Source: an uncultured Candidatus Saccharibacteria bacterium
GTDB lineage: Bacteria; Patescibacteriota; CPR2; UBA1875; CAIMLA01
Reading direction: 5' to 3'
DNA length: 64,000 bases
Assembly (NCBI GenBank): GCA_964641375.1
Contig: CAZXMN010000001.1
Coordinates: 91,464-155,463, forward strand
Shown: positions 32,089 to 41,827 of the stretch, one piece after another
Numbering within the stretch: the stretch's first letter is position 1
Layout of the letters: every line of letters starts with the position of its first letter
Position numbers and translations under genes: made by a program
Notes under the pieces: generated by a model
The model's input: only the letters and a program-made list of their open reading frames with translations
Databases searched by the model: none
What the model was told of the DNA's origin: nothing

Positions 32089-33441
32089 TTATTCTGTTTT
32101 CTTGTCTTCTGATTCATCTTCGAGAATCGCTGCAACTTCATCAATCCCGGTGTTTTCTTTTGGGGCTTCTGTTTCTTCTGCGGGTTGTGTAGATTCTGCT
32201 GGTGCTTCAGGCTCAACCTCCGCTGCGGGTTCGGTTTCAGTGACTTCCTCAGGAGTTTCGACTTCCTCTTTCTTGGTTGTCTCTGTCGTCTCTGAAGTCT
32301 CAACCTCAGGTATTGCCTCTTCTGCATTTGTCTCTAGAGCCTTCAAAATCTCTTCTTCTAGGTCACGTTTATCTTCGACGGGGCGCAAAACCTTCGCGGC
32401 CGCTTCCACGCCAGACTCATCGCCGCCTTTGATGTCAACATTCCAACCCGTTAACTTGGCAGCCAGACGAACATTTTGTCCTGAACGTCCAATAGCGAGC
32501 GAGAGCTGATCCTCAGGAACTTCAACTTCAGCTTTTTTATCATCTTCGTTAAGAGTAATATTACTTACTTTGGCTGGTGAAAGAGCATTTGAGATAAAGG
32601 TCTTTTGATCTTCGTCCCAAAGGATGATGTCAATCTTTTCTTCACCAATTTCATTCATCACGGCTTGGACACGGACACCACGCTGACCGACACATGAACC
32701 AACAGGATCAACACCCTCTTGGTTACTGGCAACAGCCATTTTGGTACGCTGACCAGCCTCACGAGCGATAGCCTTGATCTCTACGATTCCAGCCAGGATT
32801 TCTGGCACTTCAAGTTCGAAAAGACGCTTCACGAGACCTGGATGTGAGCGCGAGACCACAATTTGTGGACCTTTATTTGTCTGTTCTACGCGAACCACGA
32901 AGAATTTCAGTCTCTGTCCAACATAGTATCGTTCACCTTGAATCTGTTCATTTGGGAAAAGAACTCCAGACGCTTTGCCCAGATCGATAATGACATTGTT
33001 GCCTTCAACACGTTGGACCGAACCATTGATGACTTCACCTTCTTTATCCTTATATTCACCAAAGACCATGTCGCGTTCAGCTTCACGAATTCTCTGTATA
33101 ATAACCTGCTTCGCAGTCTGTGCCGCTATGCGACCAAAGTCATTCGGTAAATCTTTAATTTCAATAATGTCACCAACTTTAGCACCCTTTTTCAGTTTAC
33201 TAGCATTCACGACGCTCATTTGAGTCATGTCGTTCTCGACATCATCGACAACCTCTTTTTGTATATAAACAACAATCTCGCCACTTTCGGGATCAATTTC
33301 GACACGAACTTCCTGGTCTTTACTGCCGTAGTCCTTCTTGTATGCTGCAGCCAATGCGGCTTCGATTGTCTCGAGAACTACCTCTTTTGAGATGTTCTTT
33401 TCTTCGCAGATTTGCGTGATTGCATCTGTAAAACTGTTCAT
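32089..33441 (-). CDS. nusA: Transcription termination/antitermination factor NusA, with an acidic C-terminal tail
   Basis: 450 aa ORF with an N-terminal domain, S1 and two KH domains, then about 100 aa of Glu-rich tail. Confidence 0.9.
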   Translation of the reverse strand: MNSFTDAITQICEEKNISKEVVLETIEAALAAAYKKDYGSKDQEVRVEIDPESGEIVVYIQKEVVDDVENDMTQMSVVNASKLKKGAKVGDIIEIKDLPNDFGRIAAQTAKQVIIQRIREAERDMVFGEYKDKEGEVINGSVQRVEGNNVIIDLGKASGVLFPNEQIQGERYYVGQRLKFFVVRVEQTNKGPQIVVSRSHPGLVKRLFELEVPEILAGIVEIKAIAREAGQRTKMAVASNQEGVDPVGSCVGQRGVRVQAVMNEIGEEKIDIILWDEDQKTFISNALSPAKVSNITLNEDDKKAEVEVPEDQLSLAIGRSGQNVRLAAKLTGWNVDIKGGDESGVEAAAKVLRPVEDKRDLEEEILKALETNAEEAIPEVETSETTETTKKEEVETPEEVTETEPAAEVEPEAPAESTQPAEETEAPKENTGIDEVAAILEDESEDKKTE

Positions 33442-33545
33442 TTTCTCTCCTTTTAATAAAAATGTCGCATTTCTGGCGAAATCCGACGGTTACTGTGAGT
33501 AAGAATATTATAACCCATAAAATGTGAATCTGTCAAATTCAATTA

Positions 33546-34052
33546 TTACTTTGTATCTTCAACATATCCCATAGACAGGTCATTAAATTCCTTTGCGGTA
33601 AGCTCGACTATACCGTCTTCGTAGGTTTCATAGATAAAACTCTTTATACCAGATTCGAGTATCAGCTTGCTACAAATCGTACAAGACGGTCCGTCGTCAC
33701 AGGGTAAGTACTGCCCGTTTTTGTCTGAACGCGAAAAGTACATTTTGGATTTTGATAAGTCTCTATGCCCAGACTTAAACGCATTTATAATCGCTCTTTG
33801 TTCAGCATGAACTGAATAGCATGGTTCTGTATTAAATGTAGAGAAAAGCTTTGGTTTTTTCTTATCGCGCAAACACACTTTACAATCATGCTCGTCTGCT
33901 GGTGCATTCCATCCTTGACCGATTATTTTACTTTCCTCAACAATGACTACTCCTCGGGGTCTTTTGAGACAACGCGAGTCTTGGCTAGCTGAAGCGGCCT
34001 CTCTTAAATAAACCGCGGCTTTGTCTTTTTCCAAATCTTTTAAAATCTTCAT
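33546..34052 (-). CDS. Cytidine/deoxycytidylate deaminase family protein (dCMP deaminase-like)
   Basis: 168 aa ORF with the HAE...PCxxC zinc-binding motifs (VHAEQRAI, PSCTIC). Confidence 0.75.
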   Translation of the reverse strand: MKILKDLEKDKAAVYLREAASASQDSRCLKRPRGVVIVEESKIIGQGWNAPADEHDCKVCLRDKKKPKLFSTFNTEPCYSVHAEQRAIINAFKSGHRDLSKSKMYFSRSDKNGQYLPCDDGPSCTICSKLILESGIKSFIYETYEDGIVELTAKEFNDLSMGYVEDTK

Positions 34053-34053
34053 A

Positions 34054-34400
34054 TTATTCCATCCCTTCCGTATATATATTCTGCATTATTTCAATATTAT
34101 CTTTGTCGATAAGTACAGCATCGATACGATAGTCGACATCTACTTGATTAGTTTCATATAGATAATTCTTGGCCGTCATCAAGATTTTGCGCATTTTTGA
34201 TCTAGTGATCTCATCTACCGCTGTTCCGTGACCGGATGGCTGCCTGTATTTCACTTCAACAAAACAAATAAAACCGTCTCTCTGCAATAATGTCGATTTC
34301 ACCAACCCGACGGCTGTAATTACGATCAACTATATGGTAACCATCCTTTTCCAAAGCCGCTACTGCTACCGTTTCAGCCTCGAACCCAGTTTTTCTACTC
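34054..34400 (-). pseudogene. yraN: YraN/UPF0102 family endonuclease gene interrupted by a frameshift in a (GA)3 tract
   Basis: An upstream frame encodes LSRKTGFEAETVAVAALEKDGYHIVDRNYSRRVGEIDIIAE, which reaches a stop after RRFYLFC. The shifted frame continues RDGFICFVEVKYRQPSGHGTAVDEITRSKMRKIL.... Together the two frames reconstitute the canonical GEIDLIA...VFVEVKxR family pattern. The shift is at gcagagagacgg, about 34275-34290. Confidence 0.6.
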
Positions 34401-34998
34401 AAAGAAATGCCTTAATGGGCTTATAGCTGCGCCTATGAATATCCGAAACTCCATGTTCTGCCAGTTTCGCTTGATGCAATTTCGTGCCATAGCCTTTGTG
34501 TTTATAAAATTCATATTTTGAATAATTTCCAGCGAGGTTAATCATGAGATTGTCTCTTGTGACCTTTGCCAGGATTGATGCACATGAAATTGAATAAATT
34601 ATTTGATCACCATGGATAATGGATTCCTGTTCAACAGCAAGTTGCTTCCTCAGATCCAAACAGTCAGCAAGTATGTAGTCAGCTTCAATACTCATCATTT
34701 CTACTGCCTCCTTGGCCCCAAGTTTCGTTGCTTCCAGAATGCCAATCTCGTCTATAGTTCTATGATCTATTATACCGACGCCAAAATCGAGGGCCTGCTC
34801 AGTAATTTTTTCATATAACTCAGCTCTTTTCTCGGCGGAAATAAGTTTGGAATCAGTCACACCTTTTATCCTACGATGGTTTGTAGGTAAAACAACCGCA
34901 GCCACAACGACAGGACCAGCCCAAGCTCCTCTTCCGGCTTCATCAATACCAGCAATGAACTTCCGCCCCTTGCTCCATAATTCTTTTTCGTGTTTCAT
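34399..34998 (-). CDS. rnhB: Ribonuclease HII
   Basis: IAGIDEAGRGAWAGPVVVAAVVL..., the RNase HII family. The likely start is MKHEK at 34998. Confidence 0.9.
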   Translation of the reverse strand: MKHEKELWSKGRKFIAGIDEAGRGAWAGPVVVAAVVLPTNHRRIKGVTDSKLISAEKRAELYEKITEQALDFGVGIIDHRTIDEIGILEATKLGAKEAVEMMSIEADYILADCLDLRKQLAVEQESIIHGDQIIYSISCASILAKVTRDNLMINLAGNYSKYEFYKHKGYGTKLHQAKLAEHGVSDIHRRSYKPIKAFL

Positions 34999-35084
34999 TG
35001 TCGGAGATATTCCCATGAAGCTATTATCAACCCAACAAGGTTTTTTGGCAAATCTTAAAAAGAGCCCAGATATGGGCTCTTTGA

Positions 35085-35780
35085 TTATTCTTCTTCTTTT
35101 TCCGGTTCTACCGTTTCTGTGTTTTCTTCCACTTCGGCACCTTCACCATCTTTACCGTGCTCAAGGTCATTTTCTGCTTTATCAATGCCTTCTGCCACTT
35201 CTTCCTCTTGAATTTCTTGATGATCACTCTCAGCTTCGTCAGGAGTCACGATATCCTCTGCATCAGCCTCTTTGTTCTCGGCTTTTGCGATTTCGTCTAT
35301 AGAAACTTCTTTTGTTTCGATCTCGTTGTCTTTGATTTCAGTTGCATCAAGCTCGGTAATTTCAGCATCTAAGTCTTCGGTCGCTGGAGCTAAATCCTCA
35401 GGTTTGAGTTCTTCTTCTTTCACATTGACAGCGAGTGAATCAAACCTCTGGTCCTTAAGCTTAGCAGCTTTACCACGTAGATCACGAAGATATGTCAGAT
35501 AAGCGCGGCGGACTTCAGCTCTTTTGCGAATTTCAATTTTCGCAAGCTTTGGCGACTGGATAAGAAAAGTACGCTCAACACCAATGCCATAAGAAATCTT
35601 ACGAACTGTGAAGGTTTGCTGGACACCGCTACCTTTGACACGGATTACTACGCCTTCAAAAACTTGGATACGTTCTTTGCTACCTTCAATAATTTTAGTA
35701 TGTACACGAACAGTGTCACCAGGTTTTAGATCTGGGACGTTCTTTAACTGTTTATCTGTCATGTCGTCAATTGCTTTCAT
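35085..35780 (-). CDS. rplS: 50S ribosomal protein L19 with a long acidic C-terminal extension
   Basis: The N-terminal ~115 aa match the L19 family. They are followed by ~115 aa rich in Glu/Asp. Confidence 0.88.
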   Translation of the reverse strand: MKAIDDMTDKQLKNVPDLKPGDTVRVHTKIIEGSKERIQVFEGVVIRVKGSGVQQTFTVRKISYGIGVERTFLIQSPKLAKIEIRKRAEVRRAYLTYLRDLRGKAAKLKDQRFDSLAVNVKEEELKPEDLAPATEDLDAEITELDATEIKDNEIETKEVSIDEIAKAENKEADAEDIVTPDEAESDHQEIQEEEVAEGIDKAENDLEHGKDGEGAEVEENTETVEPEKEEE

Positions 35781-35905
35781 CTTTTCTCCTGTAACACGCG
35801 AGGAATATTATAGCGGATTTAAACATCTTCGTCAACCAATAAATACGTAAAAGGCGCGTTCCACCTTGCTTTTATACATTGGCATAACGCGCCTTGTTCA
35901 CCTTC

Positions 35906-35942
35906 GGGGCTCCGCACCGTTTGCGCAGCGGTGCGGAGCCCC
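35906..35942. other. Perfect 14-bp GC-rich inverted repeat (stem-loop) at the 3-prime edge of island C
   Basis: GGGGCTCCGCACCG-tttgcgcag-CGGTGCGGAGCCCC. A second hairpin, CGTCC-acgcggccgcg-GGACG, lies at 35951-35971. No U-tract follows either. Confidence 0.7.
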
Positions 35943-36007
35943 TAGGGTATCGTCCACGCGGCCGCGGGACGAAGAGTTGTCAAACTAGGAAGCCAAACGA
36001 GCTGGAC

Positions 36008-36448
36008 CTACCTCATGTCGTTGGCTCGTTCTTGGTCCTCGACGAGCATCCTGGGGTCCAAACCTCGCTGGACTACTGTCGAAGAGTGAGGACACGGGTT
36101 GCACCCCATCGTACTCGTACGCCAGGATCGAACGTCCTTCAGCACCTCATCCCGAACCGGACGAGGAATGCTGTAGGGATTGCCAGGGCTCTCAGCCAGG
36201 AAGGCCTCGAGATGCCGCATAACCGTACAGACCGTAGGGTCGTCACAGTTGTGCTGGGCGACGCCATGGAGCCTATCCCTCAGAGCGAGGATCTGTGCAG
36301 CTGCGTGGACTTCCCCACTGCCGGTAAAGTGCCGACCAGCGGTTTCAACCTCCACTACAGCTTGAGAAATCCTCTCCTCGGTCGGATGTGAAAGAACCTC
36401 CTTGTGGATCTTCTGAAGATCCAGAACCCCTGTAACGGACTCGCTCAT
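36008..36448 (-). CDS. Hypothetical 146-aa protein (island C, downstream gene of a two-gene cassette)
   Basis: ATG at 36448 with GAAGGG SD. His/Cys-rich. GC about 58%. No family recognised. Confidence 0.45.
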   Translation of the reverse strand: MSESVTGVLDLQKIHKEVLSHPTEERISQAVVEVETAGRHFTGSGEVHAAAQILALRDRLHGVAQHNCDDPTVCTVMRHLEAFLAESPGNPYSIPRPVRDEVLKDVRSWRTSTMGCNPCPHSSTVVQRGLDPRMLVEDQERANDMR

Positions 36449-36478
36449 CTTTGTTGCCCTTCTTCTGTGATTGCGGCG

Positions 36479-36688
36479 CTAGGCCGCGGGCTGCGGCTGG
36501 GCGGAACGGACTGAGATGAGACTCCTACTCGCTTTGAGCTTGGTGGTGCCTTCCCCTTGGGCGAGGACGTTTCCCTTGGTGTCCTTCGCCATAGCGACGA
36601 CGTTGCCACGACTGACACGATTGTAGCCGTGACTACGTGTATCCCTCACGAACACGATCCGAACTGGGGTCTTACCTATCATGGCCAT
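36479..36688 (-). CDS. Hypothetical 69-aa protein (island C, upstream gene)
   Basis: ATG at 36688 preceded by GGGGGAAAGAGT; 30-nt gap to the 146-aa ORF. A candidate TTGCTA-N17-TATGAT promoter lies upstream in AT-rich DNA. Confidence 0.45.
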   Translation of the reverse strand: MAMIGKTPVRIVFVRDTRSHGYNRVSRGNVVAMAKDTKGNVLAQGEGTTKLKASRSLISVRSAQPQPAA

Positions 36689-36858
36689 ACTCTTTCCCCC
36701 AAAGCCTCGAAGTGACCTTTCACTAAGACACTTCTTGGTTAGGGACTGCCGTGCGCCATACGCTCACCTTCTTCTGCTAGATTGACTGACAAAGAACAAT
36801 ACAAAAAATATCATACAATAATTATTCGCTTTTAGCAAGCCTTTTATATCAAAAAAAT

Positions 36859-39800
36859 TTAATTTTCGTTTAAGCGTTTGCGAATTGAATCCGCTAGCTT
36901 TTCTGAATATTTAATCCCAAAAGGTAATTTCACTTTTTTAGGTCCTGAGGGTCCGTTCGGAACAAAGACATAGACTGGCGCTTCGCCCTTATTCGCAGCT
37001 AATTTATATTTGATATCATTTAAAGCCTCCGCGGTAGTACCACGTGGTATAAAAATGTCTACAACTCCCTTGCTGTCAATCTGCACGGATTGAGTGATTA
37101 ACGGATCAATTACCTGCATTTCAGCTTCCTCCTGGTTTTCCGTAAGTTTAATAGCTTTATCTACAATCACCTTGATTTGCCCGTCTTTTGTGCTCACCTT
37201 ACCGCGAATCAAAATAATATTACCAGTGACCCAAAGATCGGGAGTTTCTTCAATCACCTTAGGAAATACTATCAACTCAGTTTTTCCCGTATGATCCTCA
37301 AACCAAGCAAAATACATAAGTTGCTTAGTCCTGGTCATTACTTTTTGGATATTTGCAAGAACTCCGCCAATTTTGACAGTTTGATTGTTCATTTCTTCGG
37401 TAAGTTCAACTATAGGATTTACTTTGAGTTTCAAAAGCTGTTCCTTGTATTCGTTCATTGGATGCTCTGATATATAAATGCCGAGCAAGTCTTTTTCATA
37501 CCTAAGTTTCTCAGCAGTTGACATCTTGGTCTGGGCTGGTTCAAGTTTGAGAGATGGCATTTCTACTCCACTACCACCAAAAAGATCAATCTGACCGTTG
37601 GCAGCAGTACCTTGAGCCTTTGATGAATAAGATAATATGCGCTCCATATTGGCAAGCAGAGTCGCCCTCTCGCCGAATTCGTCCATTGCTCCGCTTTTAA
37701 TAAGTGATTCCAGCATTTTCTTATTAACTTCCGACGTATGAACACGTTTTGCAAAGTCTTCAACAGAAGAGAATTTGCCACCTTCTTCTCTAGCAGCCAG
37801 AATGGCCTCAATCGGCCCCATACCTACATTTTTGATTGCCATCAGACCAAAACGTATCTTTCCTGTCTCTTTCACAACACCAAACTCCGCAAAAGATTCA
37901 TTGACATCCGGGGGCAAAACTTCAATCCCCATTCGCTGACATTCGTCAATTTCAATAGTTATACGATCCATGTTGCCGTAGTCAGAAGTCATAAGCGCAG
38001 ACATGAATGCAGCCGGATAGTGAGCCTTCAGATTTGCAGTCCAATAGGAAATAAGAGCATAACAGGCAGCATGAGACTTATTGAAAGCATATTGTGCAAA
38101 AGTCTCCCAACCATCGAATATTTCATTTGCCAACTTCTCAGGGACGTCATTTGTATCCTTTGCACCCTTTACGAATTCACCCCTCATTTGCTTTAAAAGC
38201 GTAGGATTCTTTTTACCGATTGCCTTACGCAAAGTATCAGCTTGTCCACCTGTAAAACCAGCTAAATCTTTCGATACTTGCATAACTTGTTCCTGATAAA
38301 CCGTAATCCCATAGGTATTCTTGAGTGCGGTCTCCATAGCTGGATGCTGATATTTAATAGCTTTCTTGCCATGTTTACGAGCGATAAACTCGGGGATATT
38401 TTCCATAGGACCCGGCCTATATAGAGCACCCATAGCAATAATGTCTTCAAAAACAGTCGGTTTTAACTCCTTTATATAGCGTTTCATCCCAGCTGACTCA
38501 AACTGGAAAACTCCAGTAGTTTCACCTTTAGATAATAGTTTGTATGTTTGAGCATCATCAATGGGCATCGTATACAAATCGATATCTACATCATTGACCT
38601 TCTTGATGATGCGCATTGCGTTTTTGATGACTGTCAGGTTAGAGAGTCCCAAAAAGTCCATCTTAAGTAGTCCGAGCTCCTCTATCGCATGCATTTCATA
38701 TTGTGTATTTGTTGCTAGATCGCCCCTAGTCGCCCGCTGCAGTGGAGTATATTGGACTAAAGGATCCTTGGATATCACCACACCGGCAGCATGAGTAGAA
38801 GAATGCCTGGCCACTCCTTCCAGTTTCGTCGCAAGGTCGATAAGATGTTTTACGTCTAGTTCACTAGTATAGGCCGCTCTGAGTTCTTGGCTAGTGTTTA
38901 ATGCCTCAGAAAGTTTAATATTGAGGACTTCCGGTACCATCTTGGCAATTCTATCAACGTCTCCATAAGCTAGTCCTAGTACTCTACCCACATCACGGAT
39001 GGCATTTCTAGCTTTCATAGTACCAAAAGTGATTATCTGTGCCACTCGATCCTGGCCATATTTTTCGGTTACATAAGCAATTACCTCGTGACGCCTGTCG
39101 TCAGCAAAGTCCATGTCCACATCAGGCATAGAAATACGATCTGGATTCAGAAATCTCTCAAAAAGTAAGTCGTATTGCATCGGTTCTAGGTCAACAATAC
39201 CGAGAGCATAGGCCACAACCGACCCTGCAGCAGAACCACGACCTGGACCGACCACAATACCCTGATTTTTGGCCCAATTAACGTAATCCTGTACGATAAG
39301 GAAATAGCCCTCATAACCCATTTTTTCGATAACCTTCAGCTCGTATTCTAGTCTTTCTTTAAGTTCAGGTGTTTTTTTGCCATAACGTCTGGCAATGCCC
39401 TCGTCGACTAATTTCTCCAGATATTTACCTTCCGTCAAACCGTCTGGTGTTGGAAAGTCAGGTATCAAAATGCCACCTAGTTCGATAGTGAGATCGCACA
39501 TCTCGGCAATTTTCACTGTGTTTTCGAAGGCCTCTGGCACGTCCGGAAAAGCTGCTAGCAGATCTTCATAAGTGCGCATGCTGTTATCCATGTTCATCTT
39601 CATGCGATCTTCATCTGTGACCATTTTGCCCATTTGGACACAAAGAAGAACATCCTGAGCCTCTGCATCATCTTTATTCACATAGTGAACATCATTTGTC
39701 ACTACCAGACCAATTCCAGTCTCCTTCGAGATTTTTTTCAAACCTTCATTAGCAATACGTTGGTCTTCGGCGCCTGGCTGATCTTGCAACTCGAGATAAT

Positions 39801-40323
39801 AATAGTCTTTTCCAAAAATCTCTTGATATTCCAGGGCAGCTTTCTTCGCTTTCTCGTAATCTCCGTTTACGATTGTTCTGGCCGGTTCACCGTTTAAGCA
39901 TGCAGACATACCGATCAGTCCCTCTGAATATTGTCTAAGAGTATCTTTGTCTATTCTAGGTTTGTAATAATAGCCATCGATGTGTGCTATAGTTACCAAC
40001 TTCATAAGGTTCTGGTAACCGGTCTTATTCCTAGCTAGTAGTACCAAATGGTAAGGTTTAGCATCAACCCTCGCTTCTTTGTCATGTAAAGTTCTAGGTG
40101 CAACATAACATTCGCAACCAATTATCGGTTTTATATCTCTTTTTTTGGCTTCTTTGTAAAATTCGATTGCTCCGTACATGACACCATGATCAGTGATCGC
40201 CATGGCTGGCATCCCGAGCTCTTTAGCTTTATCTAGATAGTCTGGGATTTTACCCATACCATCAAGTAGCGAGTAGTGGGTATGGACATGCAGATGAACG
40301 AATTTTGCTTTGTTTTCGGCCAA
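36859..40323 (-). CDS. dnaE: DNA polymerase III alpha subunit
   Basis: 1154 aa ORF with an N-terminal PHP domain (HLHVHTHYSLLDG) plus polymerase core and OB domains. Confidence 0.93.
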   Translation of the reverse strand: MAENKAKFVHLHVHTHYSLLDGMGKIPDYLDKAKELGMPAMAITDHGVMYGAIEFYKEAKKRDIKPIIGCECYVAPRTLHDKEARVDAKPYHLVLLARNKTGYQNLMKLVTIAHIDGYYYKPRIDKDTLRQYSEGLIGMSACLNGEPARTIVNGDYEKAKKAALEYQEIFGKDYYYLELQDQPGAEDQRIANEGLKKISKETGIGLVVTNDVHYVNKDDAEAQDVLLCVQMGKMVTDEDRMKMNMDNSMRTYEDLLAAFPDVPEAFENTVKIAEMCDLTIELGGILIPDFPTPDGLTEGKYLEKLVDEGIARRYGKKTPELKERLEYELKVIEKMGYEGYFLIVQDYVNWAKNQGIVVGPGRGSAAGSVVAYALGIVDLEPMQYDLLFERFLNPDRISMPDVDMDFADDRRHEVIAYVTEKYGQDRVAQIITFGTMKARNAIRDVGRVLGLAYGDVDRIAKMVPEVLNIKLSEALNTSQELRAAYTSELDVKHLIDLATKLEGVARHSSTHAAGVVISKDPLVQYTPLQRATRGDLATNTQYEMHAIEELGLLKMDFLGLSNLTVIKNAMRIIKKVNDVDIDLYTMPIDDAQTYKLLSKGETTGVFQFESAGMKRYIKELKPTVFEDIIAMGALYRPGPMENIPEFIARKHGKKAIKYQHPAMETALKNTYGITVYQEQVMQVSKDLAGFTGGQADTLRKAIGKKNPTLLKQMRGEFVKGAKDTNDVPEKLANEIFDGWETFAQYAFNKSHAACYALISYWTANLKAHYPAAFMSALMTSDYGNMDRITIEIDECQRMGIEVLPPDVNESFAEFGVVKETGKIRFGLMAIKNVGMGPIEAILAAREEGGKFSSVEDFAKRVHTSEVNKKMLESLIKSGAMDEFGERATLLANMERILSYSSKAQGTAANGQIDLFGGSGVEMPSLKLEPAQTKMSTAEKLRYEKDLLGIYISEHPMNEYKEQLLKLKVNPIVELTEEMNNQTVKIGGVLANIQKVMTRTKQLMYFAWFEDHTGKTELIVFPKVIEETPDLWVTGNIILIRGKVSTKDGQIKVIVDKAIKLTENQEEAEMQVIDPLITQSVQIDSKGVVDIFIPRGTTAEALNDIKYKLAANKGEAPVYVFVPNGPSGPKKVKLPFGIKYSEKLADSIRKRLNEN

Positions 40324-40465
40324 AATTACCCCCGTTAGTTTGCTAAAAAATCAAAAAAGACCACGCGATAAAAAGGTCTTTCGTTATAAAAGTTCTTGCA
40401 CCTCAAATCTATGTACTATTTTAGCGGTATATAGAGTAAGAAACAAGATGTTTTATTGAGAAATC

Positions 40466-41179
40466 TTAGATTGGTGACGCTGAATTTTCGGTAAGAAATG
40501 TTTTCGGATCAACCCAGGCCGCAAGCTCACTAAGCGTTGGCACATATCCCCGAACATCAATTCCAGTTCCGATATGAATTGCGAAATGAAGATGCTTTCT
40601 CTCACCATCAGTTTGGACTGAACACTGAGCACCAAGACTAGCTAAGCGCTGCCCCGCTTTTACACTACTACCCATAACGAGTGTCGTGCTCCCAAGATTA
40701 ATATGTCCATAATAAACTGTGTAGGCCTGCCCCTTTATTGTTACCCCGAGAACCAAAAGACCACCATACCCAGAAACCGGACCGATTTCTCGAATAGTAC
40801 CATCAGCGATCGCATAGACCGGAACATCCTCATTCACCTCAACTGGAGTTACCTCTAAATCGTCGGCGTCATGATAACCGCTGAAAGGTGCTCCACAAGG
40901 TGAAACCGAATCAGTCGGTTTCACTAATTGCCCAAAAGACCGGAACATTATTCGGCTTACGAAATTCGTCATGGGATAATAAAGCGTCGCGGCAGGAACC
41001 TGGTTTTGCGGAGTTTGCGGTGCACTATTTGTAGCGCTATTCTGACTGCTGTTCTGCTGGGTGCTTGTTGTTGTTTTGGAAGTAACTTTTTTGTGTTTGT
41101 TATAATACCAAGCTGCCCCACTGCCGATGACTAGGATAACAAGGGCTGAAACAATAATTATTATCTGCTTTCTTTTCAT
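40466..41179 (-). CDS. M23 family peptidoglycan metalloendopeptidase, membrane anchored
   Basis: 237 aa ORF with an N-terminal TM helix and M23 motifs (YGHINLGS, HLHFAIH). Confidence 0.8.
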   Translation of the reverse strand: MKRKQIIIIVSALVILVIGSGAAWYYNKHKKVTSKTTTSTQQNSSQNSATNSAPQTPQNQVPAATLYYPMTNFVSRIMFRSFGQLVKPTDSVSPCGAPFSGYHDADDLEVTPVEVNEDVPVYAIADGTIREIGPVSGYGGLLVLGVTIKGQAYTVYYGHINLGSTTLVMGSSVKAGQRLASLGAQCSVQTDGERKHLHFAIHIGTGIDVRGYVPTLSELAAWVDPKTFLTENSASPI

Positions 41180-41206
41180 ATACTAATTATAGTACGGAAG
41201 CCAAGG

Positions 41207-41827
41207 CTATTTGATCTCTTTGATCTTTGTCCTGTTTTTTTCAAGTAAAGTCATTACCCCAAATATAACGAAAACCAATATACCGGCCCCAACAACAACG
41301 ACTAGAAACCAAGAGAAAAAGAAGTTTGAGAGTGCTACAATACTGCTTACTATTCCAAGACCAAACTCAGTTGAAGCCAGAAGTTTAACTATAACGAAAA
41401 ACAAAACTATCCCAATAAGCGCTTTCTTGGCAAATGACGATCTTATCGAGATGTAATTATCCCAAAAAAGACCGAGTTTGCGCTGCCAGGACAGAGTCTT
41501 GGCGTGAGAAAAATCCTCAATCGCTTTCGCATACGTTGCTATAATGTCCTCGGTTTCAAAGCTTGAAAGCGTGTAGTCAAAACTATTTTTTATTAATTCT
41601 GTCTTCTCAAGTGCTTTCTTCAGAGCATCCTTATCATTAAGCCGCCAACCAAAAAGCGTCAATGTCTGTTTCATGTTCTTTGTCGAATAACCCTTTGAGC
41701 GCAACAGATAAAAAAAGACTTTTTGTGCTTCAATACAAGCCATTTTGTAACCGCTTGTGGTATGTTCTTTGAATGCTTTTTCGACTTCGCCCCAAAGATT
41801 TTCACTTTTCGTGCTTATTGCTTTCAC
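41207..41827 (-). CDS. Hypothetical membrane protein (soluble N-domain plus two C-terminal TM helices)
   Basis: 206 aa ORF. Its start overlaps the gatB stop (ATGA), suggesting translational coupling. No family recognised. Confidence 0.5.
   Translation of the reverse strand: MKAISTKSENLWGEVEKAFKEHTTSGYKMACIEAQKVFFYLLRSKGYSTKNMKQTLTLFGWRLNDKDALKKALEKTELIKNSFDYTLSSFETEDIIATYAKAIEDFSHAKTLSWQRKLGLFWDNYISIRSSFAKKALIGIVLFFVIVKLLASTEFGLGIVSSIVALSNFFFSWFLVVVVGAGILVFVIFGVMTLLEKNRTKIKEIK

Noticed and set aside
35894-36391. 165-aa plus-strand ORF in island C
   Set aside because: Arg/Pro-rich and junk-like, typical of the antisense frame of GC-rich coding DNA. The minus-strand ORFs have SD sequences and balanced composition.
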